A stretch of DNA of 39,310 bases from a bacterium (lineage in GTDB: Bacteria; UBP14; UBA6098; B30-G16). The position numbers and the translations under genes were made by a program. This document shows, one piece after another, positions 1-8,384 of this stretch. Under the pieces are notes generated by a model. The model had not been told where the DNA came from, made no database searches, and was given only the letters and a program-made list of their open reading frames with translations. Location: assembly GCA_021161555.1 (NCBI GenBank), contig JAGHAI010000108.1, forward strand, positions 1 through 39,310. Reading direction: 5' to 3'. Positions within the stretch are counted from its first letter, which is position 1. Every line of letters begins with the position of its first letter.

Positions 1-5
1 ATAGC

Positions 6-722
6 GTGCTTATATCGATTACAATCAGCACCTGTCCAATGATGTTTACGATAGACAGTTTGCCAACACATCCGTCGCTGCCCGGGCTGCCGCAGCAGGA
101 TACATTTTTCCTCAAAGATATATATGCTCCATTTCTTGGGGGTGATTCGCTCAGCTGGGAGGCGACATATCTTGTCGGTCAGTTGAGAAGTGCTGGTGGT
201 ATAGTTGAGCAGGCGATAATGATATTGGATACCGGTTGTGTTCCGCTCGATTTTGAACTTTCAACCTATTCCGTCTGGGTTGATACTTCTGCAGACACAG
301 TTGGTTCGCCCTGGTGGACGCCAAATGACAGCACGGTTTCAAATCCAAATGAATACATCCTTCGGGCAATCGCCACGGGATTTAACACCCCAAGACTGCC
401 TCTGGCGGACACCGTGCAGTTCAAACGGGAAGAATCCTATTACTATGTCGTCACGGAAACGCCGAGGGAGATAAAGGACAGCGTGGTATATATGGGTTCG
501 GATACGGTTAGATGCTGTTTCTATTCGGCAGACCTGTATGGATATGACCTCATTCCGACCATCGACGAGACGGGAGTAAATCTTCAGGGGTGGAGTTCTC
601 CTTATCCACAGAAATCGTTCTACTTGCATCTGGCGCTGACGACGCCGACTTCTATTGGAACAGACCTGACGCATCTCGAGGGAATGATAATTTTGCATAT
701 TCGGGGAATGGCGCACGAATGA
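6..722 (+). CDS. 5'-partial hypothetical beta-rich protein, probably secreted; apparent paralog of 18132..18797
   Basis: Frame is open to the window edge (..SVLISITIS). Motifs ILDTGCVPLDF and LHLALTTPTS align by eye with IENTGGITLDI and FHLLYRMPSS of 18132..18797. Confidence 0.75.
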   Translation: MLISITISTCPMMFTIDSLPTHPSLPGLPQQDTFFLKDIYAPFLGGDSLSWEATYLVGQLRSAGGIVEQAIMILDTGCVPLDFELSTYSVWVDTSADTVGSPWWTPNDSTVSNPNEYILRAIATGFNTPRLPLADTVQFKREESYYYVVTETPREIKDSVVYMGSDTVRCCFYSADLYGYDLIPTIDETGVNLQGWSSPYPQKSFYLHLALTTPTSIGTDLTHLEGMIILHIRGMAHE

Positions 723-828
723 TTTTTGATTTTTCGCACTGCGTAAAATTGAATACAAATTTGCCGAAAAAATCCGTATTGCTGAGAAACGACGATGTAG
801 TATTAAACTTTATCTGGGGTTTTTTAGA

Positions 829-2265
829 ATGAAGGTGTTTTTGGGGACAATGGCTTTTGTCGTTCTGGTGTCATCTGTTTTGGGATGCACCATCGGTGTA
901 TTTTCGCCGCTTGCCACAGCGGATGATAGACCTATGCTGTGGAAAAACCGTGATGTGCCAAATGTCGCTCAACAATATATATATGTCGAAGCGGAACACA
1001 ATTTCGTGGCAATAACCTATCAGGGCATATATGACAAAGTTTACGGCGGCACGAACGATGCTGGCTTCGGAATTGTGAACACGGATACATACAATCAGGG
1101 GAACTGGCGCAGTTATGGAATATCCGATGGGGAAGTTATGTTCATCGCACTTTCTCAATGCGAATCTGTGTGGGATTTTCTCGGTATTCTGGATTCTCTT
1201 TTCGCGGATACATCAGTGGTATTGCGCAGCACGCATTGTTATGGAGTTATCGATAAGTTCGGGAACGCCATCGTCGTGGAGGCGACCTGCACGAACTATG
1301 TATATTTCAACGCAGCCAGTGCTCCTTATGGATTTTTAGTCCGCACGAACTTTGCAATAAGCGGAGACGATACTCTGAGGAGAGGATGGGATAGATACAT
1401 CAGGGCTCGTTCAGTATTGGAACCTCTCGTTCCCCTCGATGTCAGGGATGTTCTTGAAACAGCTCGAGACCTCGTGACAGCGGAACTCGACCCAAATCCA
1501 CTGCCATTTGAAGGAACAATCGATAGCTTTCCTTATGGATACATTTCCACGGAAAACACGATAAACCGCTATTACACCGCTTCCTATCAGATAATAGTGG
1601 GGTCAGCGGAAATAGACAATCCTCAATATCCTGTTCTCTGGAGTGGATTTGGCATTCCGTATGCGACCATACCTGTTCCCCTGTGGGTGAATTCCAGAGA
1701 AGTGCCTCCACAGATGACCGGTTCAGGTGCAACTATGTGCAGCGACGCTCAATTTATCAAGGGGCAGATACACGACCAGCCCGATATAAGATTGTTCAAC
1801 ACGCAAACGGCATATAGAATTCACGAATTCTTATCCCCCGTCGAAGAAAATGTATTCGGTCAATATTATGGATATATGAGCCTGTGGGCGAAGTTCGGCG
1901 TTTCCGAAGACACACTGGCTTATATTCAACAAGACCTGTGCAATCAGGTGGCGGGAAGATATGAAGAAGTGCGCGGACTTTTCGTAGAAGAACATAACTA
2001 TTTAAAAATACAGAACATATCGATAAAATCCTATCCAAATCCGTTCAATTCTGCGGTTAAGATTGAAATTTCCAGTCCGAAAAACAATTTTAAGCACATA
2101 GAAATACTGGACATCAAGGGAGGGAAAGTTTTTGAAACGACACTTTCCCCATATACATCCACCTTTATGTGGGAACCATCTTCAAAGCTATCTTCTGGCT
2201 TATATATAGTTTCAGTAAAATCTGGCGAATATCGGGCAACAAGCCGACTGATATTATCCAGATGA
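829..2265 (+). CDS. Secreted Ntn-hydrolase (peptidase C45/C69-like) with T9SS-type C-terminal sorting domain
   Basis: Signal peptide then CTIGV...LWKNRD and RTNF motifs; C-terminal YPNPFN...SSGLYIV...LIL domain. Confidence 0.8.
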   Translation: MKVFLGTMAFVVLVSSVLGCTIGVFSPLATADDRPMLWKNRDVPNVAQQYIYVEAEHNFVAITYQGIYDKVYGGTNDAGFGIVNTDTYNQGNWRSYGISDGEVMFIALSQCESVWDFLGILDSLFADTSVVLRSTHCYGVIDKFGNAIVVEATCTNYVYFNAASAPYGFLVRTNFAISGDDTLRRGWDRYIRARSVLEPLVPLDVRDVLETARDLVTAELDPNPLPFEGTIDSFPYGYISTENTINRYYTASYQIIVGSAEIDNPQYPVLWSGFGIPYATIPVPLWVNSREVPPQMTGSGATMCSDAQFIKGQIHDQPDIRLFNTQTAYRIHEFLSPVEENVFGQYYGYMSLWAKFGVSEDTLAYIQQDLCNQVAGRYEEVRGLFVEEHNYLKIQNISIKSYPNPFNSAVKIEISSPKNNFKHIEILDIKGGKVFETTLSPYTSTFMWEPSSKLSSGLYIVSVKSGEYRATSRLILSR

Positions 2266-2321
2266 AATTCTGCTTGCAAATTTTTTTAATTTTTATTTGT
2301 TCTTAATCTCTAAAAAAGTGC

Positions 2322-2348
2322 TTGACAATAAGGGTTTTGATGTATATT
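2322..2348 (+). promoter_or_regulatory. Probable sigma70-type promoter of the tRNA-tuf operon
   Basis: TTGACA (2322-2327), 15 nt, TATATT (2343-2348), about 20 nt upstream of the first tRNA. Confidence 0.5.
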
Positions 2349-2366
2349 TACAAAAATATTGTTTTT

Positions 2367-2439
2367 GCTGGCGTAGCTCAGGCGGTAGAGCAGCTGATTT
2401 GTAATCAGCCGGTCGGGGGTTCAAATCCCTCCGCCAGCT
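2367..2439 (+). tRNA. thrU: tRNA-Thr(TGT)
   Basis: Acceptor GCTGGCG/CGCCAGC; anticodon arm GCTGA-TTTGTAA-TCAGC; T-loop TTCAAAT; CCA not encoded. Confidence 0.97.
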
Positions 2440-2483
2440 GATTGGCAATACAGACACAATTCATTGAAATTTTAAGATTAGAT

Positions 2484-2566
2484 GGTGGGGTACCCAAGTG
2501 GACAACGGGGGCAGACTGTAAATCTGTTGGCGCACGCCTTCGGTGGTTCGAATCCACCCCCCACCA
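2484..2566 (+). tRNA. tyrU: tRNA-Tyr(GTA)
   Basis: Acceptor GGTGGGG/CCCCACC; anticodon arm GCAGA-CTGTAAA-TCTGT; long variable arm; T-loop TTCGAAT. Confidence 0.97.
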
Positions 2567-2574
2567 TATATAAA

Positions 2575-2648
2575 GCGGGAGTAGCTCAATTGGCTAGAGC
2601 ATCAGCCTTCCAAGCTGAGGGTTGCGGGTTCAATCCCCGTCTCCCGCT
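2575..2648 (+). tRNA. glyT: tRNA-Gly(TCC)
   Basis: Acceptor GCGGGAG/CTCCCGC; anticodon arm TCAGC-CTTCCAA-GCTGA. Confidence 0.97.
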
Positions 2649-2669
2649 TTAATTAAATAAGGAAAGCTT

Positions 2670-2897
2670 ATGTTTAATCAGGTGAAAAAAGAAGATGGAA
2701 AGTGGTATATCATTTCTTCCAAGGGAGAATATGGTGGATTTGAGGAAATAGTGAGGGATAATGGCGAAATTGTCGCCGCAGAAAGTCCGCAAAGAGAATT
2801 TGTTGTGAAAAGGGATGGCAGGTTCTGGATAGTGAGATTTGAAATTCCCTCCGGGGAAAAAGTTGTGGAACTTGGACCTTATTTGGAAGTTCAATAG
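2670..2897 (+). CDS. 75-aa hypothetical protein with two internal beta-repeat units, inserted between tRNA-Gly and tRNA-Thr
   Basis: AAGGA SD upstream; ORF fills the inter-tRNA gap; repeats VKKEDGKWYII..GGFEEI and VKRDGRFWIV..GPYLEV. Confidence 0.7.
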   Translation: MFNQVKKEDGKWYIISSKGEYGGFEEIVRDNGEIVAAESPQREFVVKRDGRFWIVRFEIPSGEKVVELGPYLEVQ

Positions 2898-2911
2898 ATG
2901 ATTGACATACT

Positions 2912-2984
2912 GCCCACTTAGCTCAGACGGTAGAGCACTTCCTTGGTAAGGAAGTGGTCCCCGGTTCAAGTCCGGGAGTGGGCT
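2912..2984 (+). tRNA. thrT: tRNA-Thr(GGT)
   Basis: Acceptor GCCCACT/AGTGGGC; anticodon arm CTTCC-TTGGTAA-GGAAG. Confidence 0.97.
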
Positions 2985-3000
2985 ATTGACGGAGTTAGCT

Positions 3001-3075
3001 ATGAAATTGTTGTGTCCAAAATGTTCCGCTGCCAATATGGTGCCTCCAGCGGACCTGAGGAGATGGAACCTATGA
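3001..3075 (+). other. 24-aa small ORF or gene relic with half a zinc ribbon (MKLLCPKCSAANMVPPADLRRWNL)
   Basis: GGAG SD at 2991; one CPKC knuckle; stop overlaps the ATG of a following 25-aa ORF (3072..3149). Confidence 0.4.
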
Positions 3076-3176
3076 AGGAAAAACACAATAAAAGGCAGGA
3101 TATATTTGGACTTTTAGAATCACTTTATAGTGGATTTTTGGACAATTAAGAACACAAATCATAAGGAGGATTTGAA

Positions 3177-4385
3177 ATGGCGAAGGAGAAGTTCGAAAGG
3201 ACGAAGCCCCATGTCAACATCGGGACGATTGGACACATTGACCATGGGAAGACGACGCTTACTGCGGCAATTACGATGGTTCTTGCGCGCAAGAATCTTG
3301 CACAGGTAGCAACATTCGATTCCATCGACAGCGCACCTGAGGAAAAGGCACGAGGCGTCACCATCAATACTGCCCATGTGGAATATGAGACTGAGAAAAG
3401 GCACTATGCCCACATCGATTGTCCTGGGCATGCTGACTACATCAAGAATATGATTACCGGCGCGGCGCAGATGGACGGTGCTATTCTCGTCGTTTCCGCC
3501 GCAGATGGTCCTATGCCGCAGACGAGAGAACACATCCTTCTCGCCCGTCAGGTTAATGTGCCGGCAATTGTGGTGTTTATGAACAAAACCGATATGGTAG
3601 ATGACCCCGAACTGCTGGACCTGGTGGAGCTTGAAGTTCGTGAACTGCTATCAAACTATGGTTTCCCTGGAGATGAAATCCCAATTATCAAAGGCAGCGC
3701 ACTTGAAGCGATGAACAAAGGATTGAACGAAAGCACACCAATAGACGACCCCGCGTTCAAGCCGATACTCGACCTTATAGATGCAGTTGACGATTATATT
3801 CCCACACCAGTTCGCGATACGGACAAGCCCTTCCTTATGCCTGTCGAAGATGTATTTTCCATCACGGGTCGCGGGACAGTTGCCACAGGCAGAGTGGAGC
3901 GCGGAAGAATCAATCCGGGCGACGAAGTCGAAATCGTTGGCATAAAACCCACGAGAAAAACCGTTGCCACGAGCCTCGAGATGTTCCGAAAAATCCTCGA
4001 TTACGCAGAAGCAGGCGATAATGTGGGTATTCTGCTTCGCGGAATTGAGAAGAACGAAGTTGAGCGCGGAATGGTGCTTGCAAAACCAGGCACAATTACT
4101 CCGCACACAAAATTCAAGGGACAGGTCTATGTATTGAAAAAGGACGAAGGCGGTCGCCACAAGCCATTCTTCTCGGGCTATCGGCCACAGTTCTACTTCC
4201 GAACGACAGATGTAACAGGCACAATCAAATTGCCCGAAGGCGTCGAAATGGTTATGCCCGGCGATAATGTTGAAATGGAAGTCGAACTGATTTCGCCAAT
4301 CGCTATGGAACAGGGTCTTCGCTTCGCAATTCGTGAAGGCGGAAGAACAATTGGCGCTGGCGTCGTGGGCGAAATTATAGAATAA
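3177..4385 (+). CDS. tuf: Elongation factor Tu
   Basis: [48 protein letters not shown]; AGGAGG SD. Confidence 0.99.
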   Translation: MAKEKFERTKPHVNIGTIGHIDHGKTTLTAAITMVLARKNLAQVATFDSIDSAPEEKARGVTINTAHVEYETEKRHYAHIDCPGHADYIKNMITGAAQMDGAILVVSAADGPMPQTREHILLARQVNVPAIVVFMNKTDMVDDPELLDLVELEVRELLSNYGFPGDEIPIIKGSALEAMNKGLNESTPIDDPAFKPILDLIDAVDDYIPTPVRDTDKPFLMPVEDVFSITGRGTVATGRVERGRINPGDEVEIVGIKPTRKTVATSLEMFRKILDYAEAGDNVGILLRGIEKNEVERGMVLAKPGTITPHTKFKGQVYVLKKDEGGRHKPFFSGYRPQFYFRTTDVTGTIKLPEGVEMVMPGDNVEMEVELISPIAMEQGLRFAIREGGRTIGAGVVGEIIE

Positions 4386-4438
4386 TTTTATCAACGGGGC
4401 AGACGCCAAAAACTGCCCGATGTAAACAGGAGTTGGTT

Positions 4439-4609
4439 ATGGCTAAAAAAGGAAAATCTAAAAGGGAGCACATAATCCTTGCCTGCACCGTCTGCAAGTC
4501 AAGGAATTACATTACGCAGAAAAATAAGCAAAATACTCCCGACCGCCTCGAACTGAAAAAATACTGCCCCAGGTGTAGAAAACATACAATACACAAGGAA
4601 ACAAGGTAG
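4439..4609 (+). CDS. rpmG: 50S ribosomal protein L33, zinc-binding form (absent from the ORF track)
   Basis: Translated by hand: [56 protein letters not shown]; AGGAG SD; usual position after tuf. Confidence 0.97.
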   Translation: MAKKGKSKREHIILACTVCKSRNYITQKNKQNTPDRLELKKYCPRCRKHTIHKETR

Positions 4610-4615
4610 AATTTC

Positions 4616-4644
4616 AATGGGGGACATTGTCCCCCATTTTTTTT
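4616..4644 (+). terminator. Intrinsic terminator after rpmG
   Basis: AATGGGGGAC-ATT-GTCCCCCATT hairpin followed by a T run. Confidence 0.85.
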
Positions 4645-4688
4645 GAAAAAATTGTGAAAAAATATTAACAATTTTATCTTTGAAAATA

Positions 4689-4705
4689 ATATGTGCATCA
4701 CATAT
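4689..4705. promoter_or_regulatory. Inverted repeat, candidate operator of the decayed PadR-FmdE-TauE unit
   Basis: ATATGTG-CAT-CACATAT directly upstream of the PadR-like relic. Confidence 0.45.
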
Positions 4706-4713
4706 ATAGGTGA

Positions 4714-4830
4714 ATTAAACATAAGAGGATACATCGCATCACAATCGAAGGTGAAGATAGACTTCGCGCCTGGATGCTCGTAATAGAGGAGCGAAGGAAC
4801 TCGCTTACAAGACTAATCGAAGACTATAAA
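4714..4830 (+). pseudogene. C-terminal relic of a PadR-family regulator
   Basis: Frame reads KRIHRITIEGEDRLRAWMLVIEERRNSLTRLIEEL*, like the PadR wing strand R-x-Y-x-I-T-x-x-G plus C-terminal helix; no N-terminal start or HTH, in-frame TGA at 4711. Confidence 0.6.
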
Positions 4831-4876
4831 ACATTTATAGAGAAGAAAAAATGACAGAAATAGAGGGATGTAAACT

Positions 4877-5142
4877 ATGGATGCGGAAAAGCTTCTTTCT
4901 CTCGCCATAGAATTTCACGGGCATAAGTGTCCTGCGATGCCACTTGGTCTTCGTGCGGGGCTTGCTGCGATGAAAACGCTCGGTGTGCAAAGAGCGATGT
5001 ATTCGATATCGAATTTGAAAAATCGCGCAGCACCTTTTACTGGGATGAATGCGAAAACTGCGGCGAAATTGTATTCGCTCATGGGTTGCGATTGAAAAAC
5101 GGGAAAAAACTTTGTCTGCCCTGTTTTGAAGGGAATATATAG
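4877..5142 (+). pseudogene. FmdE/FwdE-family gene with C4 zinc finger, internally deleted and frameshifted
   Basis: One frame gives the FmdE N-terminus ([23 protein letters not shown]); from about 4993 another frame gives the C-terminal finger (CENCGE..KKLCLPC); the central domain is missing. Confidence 0.8.
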
Positions 5143-5907
5143 ATGCACACGATGAACTCATTATACTTTGCTCCGCCTATATTTTTTATCATCGCATTTG
5201 TCTTCTCGATGCTCGGAATGGGCGGCTCGCAGCTATATATTCCGATACTGTTCTGGCTCGGAATGGATTTTAAAACGCAAGCTATTCCCCTGGGGATGCT
5301 TTTGAACATCGTCAATTCATTATCCGCGGCATTTGTATATGGCAGAAAGAAATTGACAAACTGGCGCGTTGCCGTTCCGTTCGGGATATCTATGATACTT
5401 TTTGCGCCAATCGGAACGATGGCAAACATCCATCTTCCAACGCGTCCGATAATTCTTGTCTTCGCCGTTTTCACTGCAACTGCTGCCCTGTTAATGTTAA
5501 GTGGATGGAAACCCAAAAGAGGCTCGCTATCCAATCACGAGCGTATTTTTCTTGGACTTGTTTCGGGCGCATTTCTCGGTTTCTTCGCAGGACTCATCGG
5601 CAGAGGCGGGGGAAGTTTTGTCGTGCCTCTACTGTATATTGCAGGATTAGAACCGAAACTTGCGGCGGCAACATCCTCTGCGATTGTATCATTTTCGGGG
5701 CTTTCCAGTTTTGTGTCGCATATCGCCACAGCCGCACGACCACAATGGACAGTATGGATATTATGCGCCATAGCAGTCCTCCTCGGCAGCCAGACAGGGT
5801 CAAGAATAATGGCGGGAAAGATGAAATCGAAATCAATTAAAATCGTCTTTGGCGTGGTTCTTCTTGGCGTGGCAGCGATTCTTATAATAAAAGATGTGCT
5901 TCGATAA
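5143..5907 (+). CDS. Sulfite exporter TauE/SafE family membrane protein
   Basis: Two repeats with LGMGG and GLIGRGGGSFVVP motifs; about 8 TM helices. Confidence 0.9.
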   Translation: MHTMNSLYFAPPIFFIIAFVFSMLGMGGSQLYIPILFWLGMDFKTQAIPLGMLLNIVNSLSAAFVYGRKKLTNWRVAVPFGISMILFAPIGTMANIHLPTRPIILVFAVFTATAALLMLSGWKPKRGSLSNHERIFLGLVSGAFLGFFAGLIGRGGGSFVVPLLYIAGLEPKLAAATSSAIVSFSGLSSFVSHIATAARPQWTVWILCAIAVLLGSQTGSRIMAGKMKSKSIKIVFGVVLLGVAAILIIKDVLR

Positions 5908-5998
5908 CAGCAATTTCACGATTTCTCAATGTTTCATCGATATTCGATTCAATGATAGATGTGATTTAATCTCGGGCATAAATTTGCTTTAGAAAAAG

Positions 5999-7027
5999 CT
6001 ATTTTTTCACAATAATCGGCGCTCCATCGAAAAGTCCGAGCGTGCCTTCTATTATAACAGGCTCGCCGACTTTTATCCCCGCAATCACCTGCGCCAGACT
6101 GTCGTTTTCTATGCCGAGCTTCACCTTTCGGGCGCGAGCTTTTTCCCCATCTGAGACGAATACCAATGTGTCGTTCACAATAGCACTCTGACGAATCACA
6201 ATTGCAGAATCAGCTTCCGCAGTTATTATGTGAACGGTGGCGAACATTCCGCTGCGGAGTTTTCCGCTGCCATTTTCAAACACAACCGTCGCCTTGTATG
6301 TTCCCGACATTGGGTCGGCGAGGTGTTCGACGCTTTCAACTTTGCCCCAGAATGTGGTATCGGGAAACGCATCGACTTCCATAAAGGCATCCTGCCCCGT
6401 CTTCACCTCTACGATGTCCCTCTCGGAAATTTCGCATTCGACCTTCACCTTTCTCAAATCAACCACGGTAAGGACGGCGGGAGCGCCAGCCATAGGCATC
6501 ATAGCGTTGAAGAATTCGCCCTCTTCGGAATTTATGGAGGCAACGATACCAGAAAAAGGCGCCCGGAGTTCAGTGTTTTTGATTGCAAGTTCATACATCG
6601 CCTTTGCGGCTTTATATCCTGCTTCAATCTGGTCGAACTGCTGCTGAGATATCGACCCCTTTTCAAGCAAATTTTTCATCCTGTTGTAATTTTCCTCTGC
6701 CGCACGAAACTGAGCTTCTGCCTGATTGAGCTGTTCAGGTGAAAGCCTGGCAAGAAGCTGACCCTTGCGGACCTTATCGCCCTCTTTGACGAGAATTTTC
6801 GTCACCCAGGAACTCATCCCTGGTGCGACTGGAACTTCACGATATCCCTTAATCGTCCCGCTGTAATCCACCGTTCGGAAAATTTTTCCGATGCGAGCAG
6901 GCACCACACGGGTTCTCAATGCACCGACGATGACTTTGTTCCCCGTGTTCTTCTGATTTTCGCTGGATTTGTTGCACCCTGCGATAAAAATCGCCAATGC
7001 AAGCACTGAAAGTATTGCTCTTCTCAT
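5999..7027 (-). CDS. RND efflux periplasmic adaptor (membrane fusion lipoprotein)
   Basis: Lipobox IAGC after MRRAIL; VKEGDKVRKGQLL, LRAPFSG, LRSGMFA. Start moved from 7057 to 7027, just past the TolC stop. Confidence 0.92.
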   Translation of the reverse strand: MRRAILSVLALAIFIAGCNKSSENQKNTGNKVIVGALRTRVVPARIGKIFRTVDYSGTIKGYREVPVAPGMSSWVTKILVKEGDKVRKGQLLARLSPEQLNQAEAQFRAAEENYNRMKNLLEKGSISQQQFDQIEAGYKAAKAMYELAIKNTELRAPFSGIVASINSEEGEFFNAMMPMAGAPAVLTVVDLRKVKVECEISERDIVEVKTGQDAFMEVDAFPDTTFWGKVESVEHLADPMSGTYKATVVFENGSGKLRSGMFATVHIITAEADSAIVIRQSAIVNDTLVFVSDGEKARARKVKLGIENDSLAQVIAGIKVGEPVIIEGTLGLFDGAPIIVKK

Positions 7028-7028
7028 C

Positions 7029-8384
7029 TTATTCTTCCTTTTTTGAGATTTTTTCAATTTTCGCTTCCAATTGTCCTGTAAAATATTCGAGTTCTGCTTT
7101 TTTTATGTTATATTCTGCAAGATATTGATTTCTGTTCAGTTTTGCCCTCGTAAGGTCGGTGTGTGCATCGAGCAGTTCTGAATTGGTTGCGGCGCCTGCG
7201 TGGAACAAATCGCTCGTAACCCTGTAATTTTCCTCCGCCACCTCAAGTTCTTTTTTGGCTACATCGAGTTTCCTGCGCTTCTCGTCCATCGAAAGATATG
7301 CTGCACGTGCTTGCAGCGCTATACCATCCATAGCGGACTTACGCATAAATTCCATCTGCTTCTTCTGTTCCTTTGCCTTACTCACAGCGGCGATGTTCCC
7401 GCCCCAGTTGAATATATCCCACTTAATAGCCCCGACCGCCGTCCAGTGGTCATACCAATCGTTTTTCAGTTCCCTGTTCGGCTTTTCGTAATCGTAGTAG
7501 AACATTCCCACAAGGGACGGCAAAAGTCCTTCCCAGGCGAGGGTAACCTGTTTTTTCGACGCAGCAAGTCCAACATCCAGCAACCTCACATCCACGGCAT
7601 TTCTAATAGCCCACGCCACTGCACTATCCAGCGGAAAGACATAATCTTCAAAGGAAAGACTTTCTGCGACTTCGATGTTTTTGTCCTGAGGATATCCAAT
7701 CGCAAGACACAGCGCACTTCGGGATAATTGCACAGCGTTCTGCGCCTGAAGAATCAAAAGTTCGACCTCTGAACTCTTCACCTGCGCGCTCAAAAGGTCT
7801 TTTTTGTGAATCATCCCCTGTTCATACATATTCTGCAAATCCTTTATGTGCGCATCTATCTGTGCTTTGGACGCATTTGCTATTTTTAAAAAAGTCTTCG
7901 CCTGAAGGAACTGGAAATATGCCTTTTCTGTGTTGAGGACGGTCTGCAGTTCGCTTTTTCTGAGAGATAGATACTTCTGGTCGACGCCCAGATTTGCCAG
8001 CGACAGCGCAGTGAACAACTGCAGACTCAACGGTTGAGTTATGCCGATTTCTGCTTTTTCCATTTCCGCCTTTCCCATTTCTATACGCATAGGTTCCATA
8101 TCGGGAAGCGGAAACGGAAATGACGACGGGTCCATAACGGTGTATGGTGCTTCGTCAAGTCTCGTATATGTGGCAGTTATGCTTGCGGAAGGGAACAGCG
8201 CCGTGAGAGATTGGTATCTCTGCGCCTTTGCGGAATTTAACTCGTGTCTGCTGCCGAGAACCTGCGGATTTTGAGTAATTGCAAGTTCGATACATTCGTC
8301 CAGTGTTAGAACCTGAGAAAATGCCGACGACAATGAAAGCAGTAAAAATAAAAATACGACCATTTCTATGATAAAAGATTTCAT
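7029..8384 (-). CDS. TolC-family outer membrane efflux protein
   Basis: Signal peptide, LTLDECIELAITQNP, duplicated OEP helical repeats. Confidence 0.92.
   Translation of the reverse strand: MKSFIIEMVVFLFLLLSLSSAFSQVLTLDECIELAITQNPQVLGSRHELNSAKAQRYQSLTALFPSASITATYTRLDEAPYTVMDPSSFPFPLPDMEPMRIEMGKAEMEKAEIGITQPLSLQLFTALSLANLGVDQKYLSLRKSELQTVLNTEKAYFQFLQAKTFLKIANASKAQIDAHIKDLQNMYEQGMIHKKDLLSAQVKSSEVELLILQAQNAVQLSRSALCLAIGYPQDKNIEVAESLSFEDYVFPLDSAVAWAIRNAVDVRLLDVGLAASKKQVTLAWEGLLPSLVGMFYYDYEKPNRELKNDWYDHWTAVGAIKWDIFNWGGNIAAVSKAKEQKKQMEFMRKSAMDGIALQARAAYLSMDEKRRKLDVAKKELEVAEENYRVTSDLFHAGAATNSELLDAHTDLTRAKLNRNQYLAEYNIKKAELEYFTGQLEAKIEKISKKEE

Noticed and set aside
2367-2984. tRNA-targeted genomic island
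   Set aside because: No integrase and no duplicated tRNA 3' end seen in the window.
2943-3149. 68-aa ORF from the track
   Set aside because: Starts inside tRNA-Thr(GGT); only the part from 3063/3072 has an SD.
4877-5142. Programmed frameshift producing a mini-FmdE
   Set aside because: No slippery heptamer at the junction, and the central domain is missing regardless of frame.
5973-5990. Sigma54-like GGCATAAATTTGCT
   Set aside because: Spacing is one base short of TGGCAC-N5-TTGC and it points antisense into the MFP gene.
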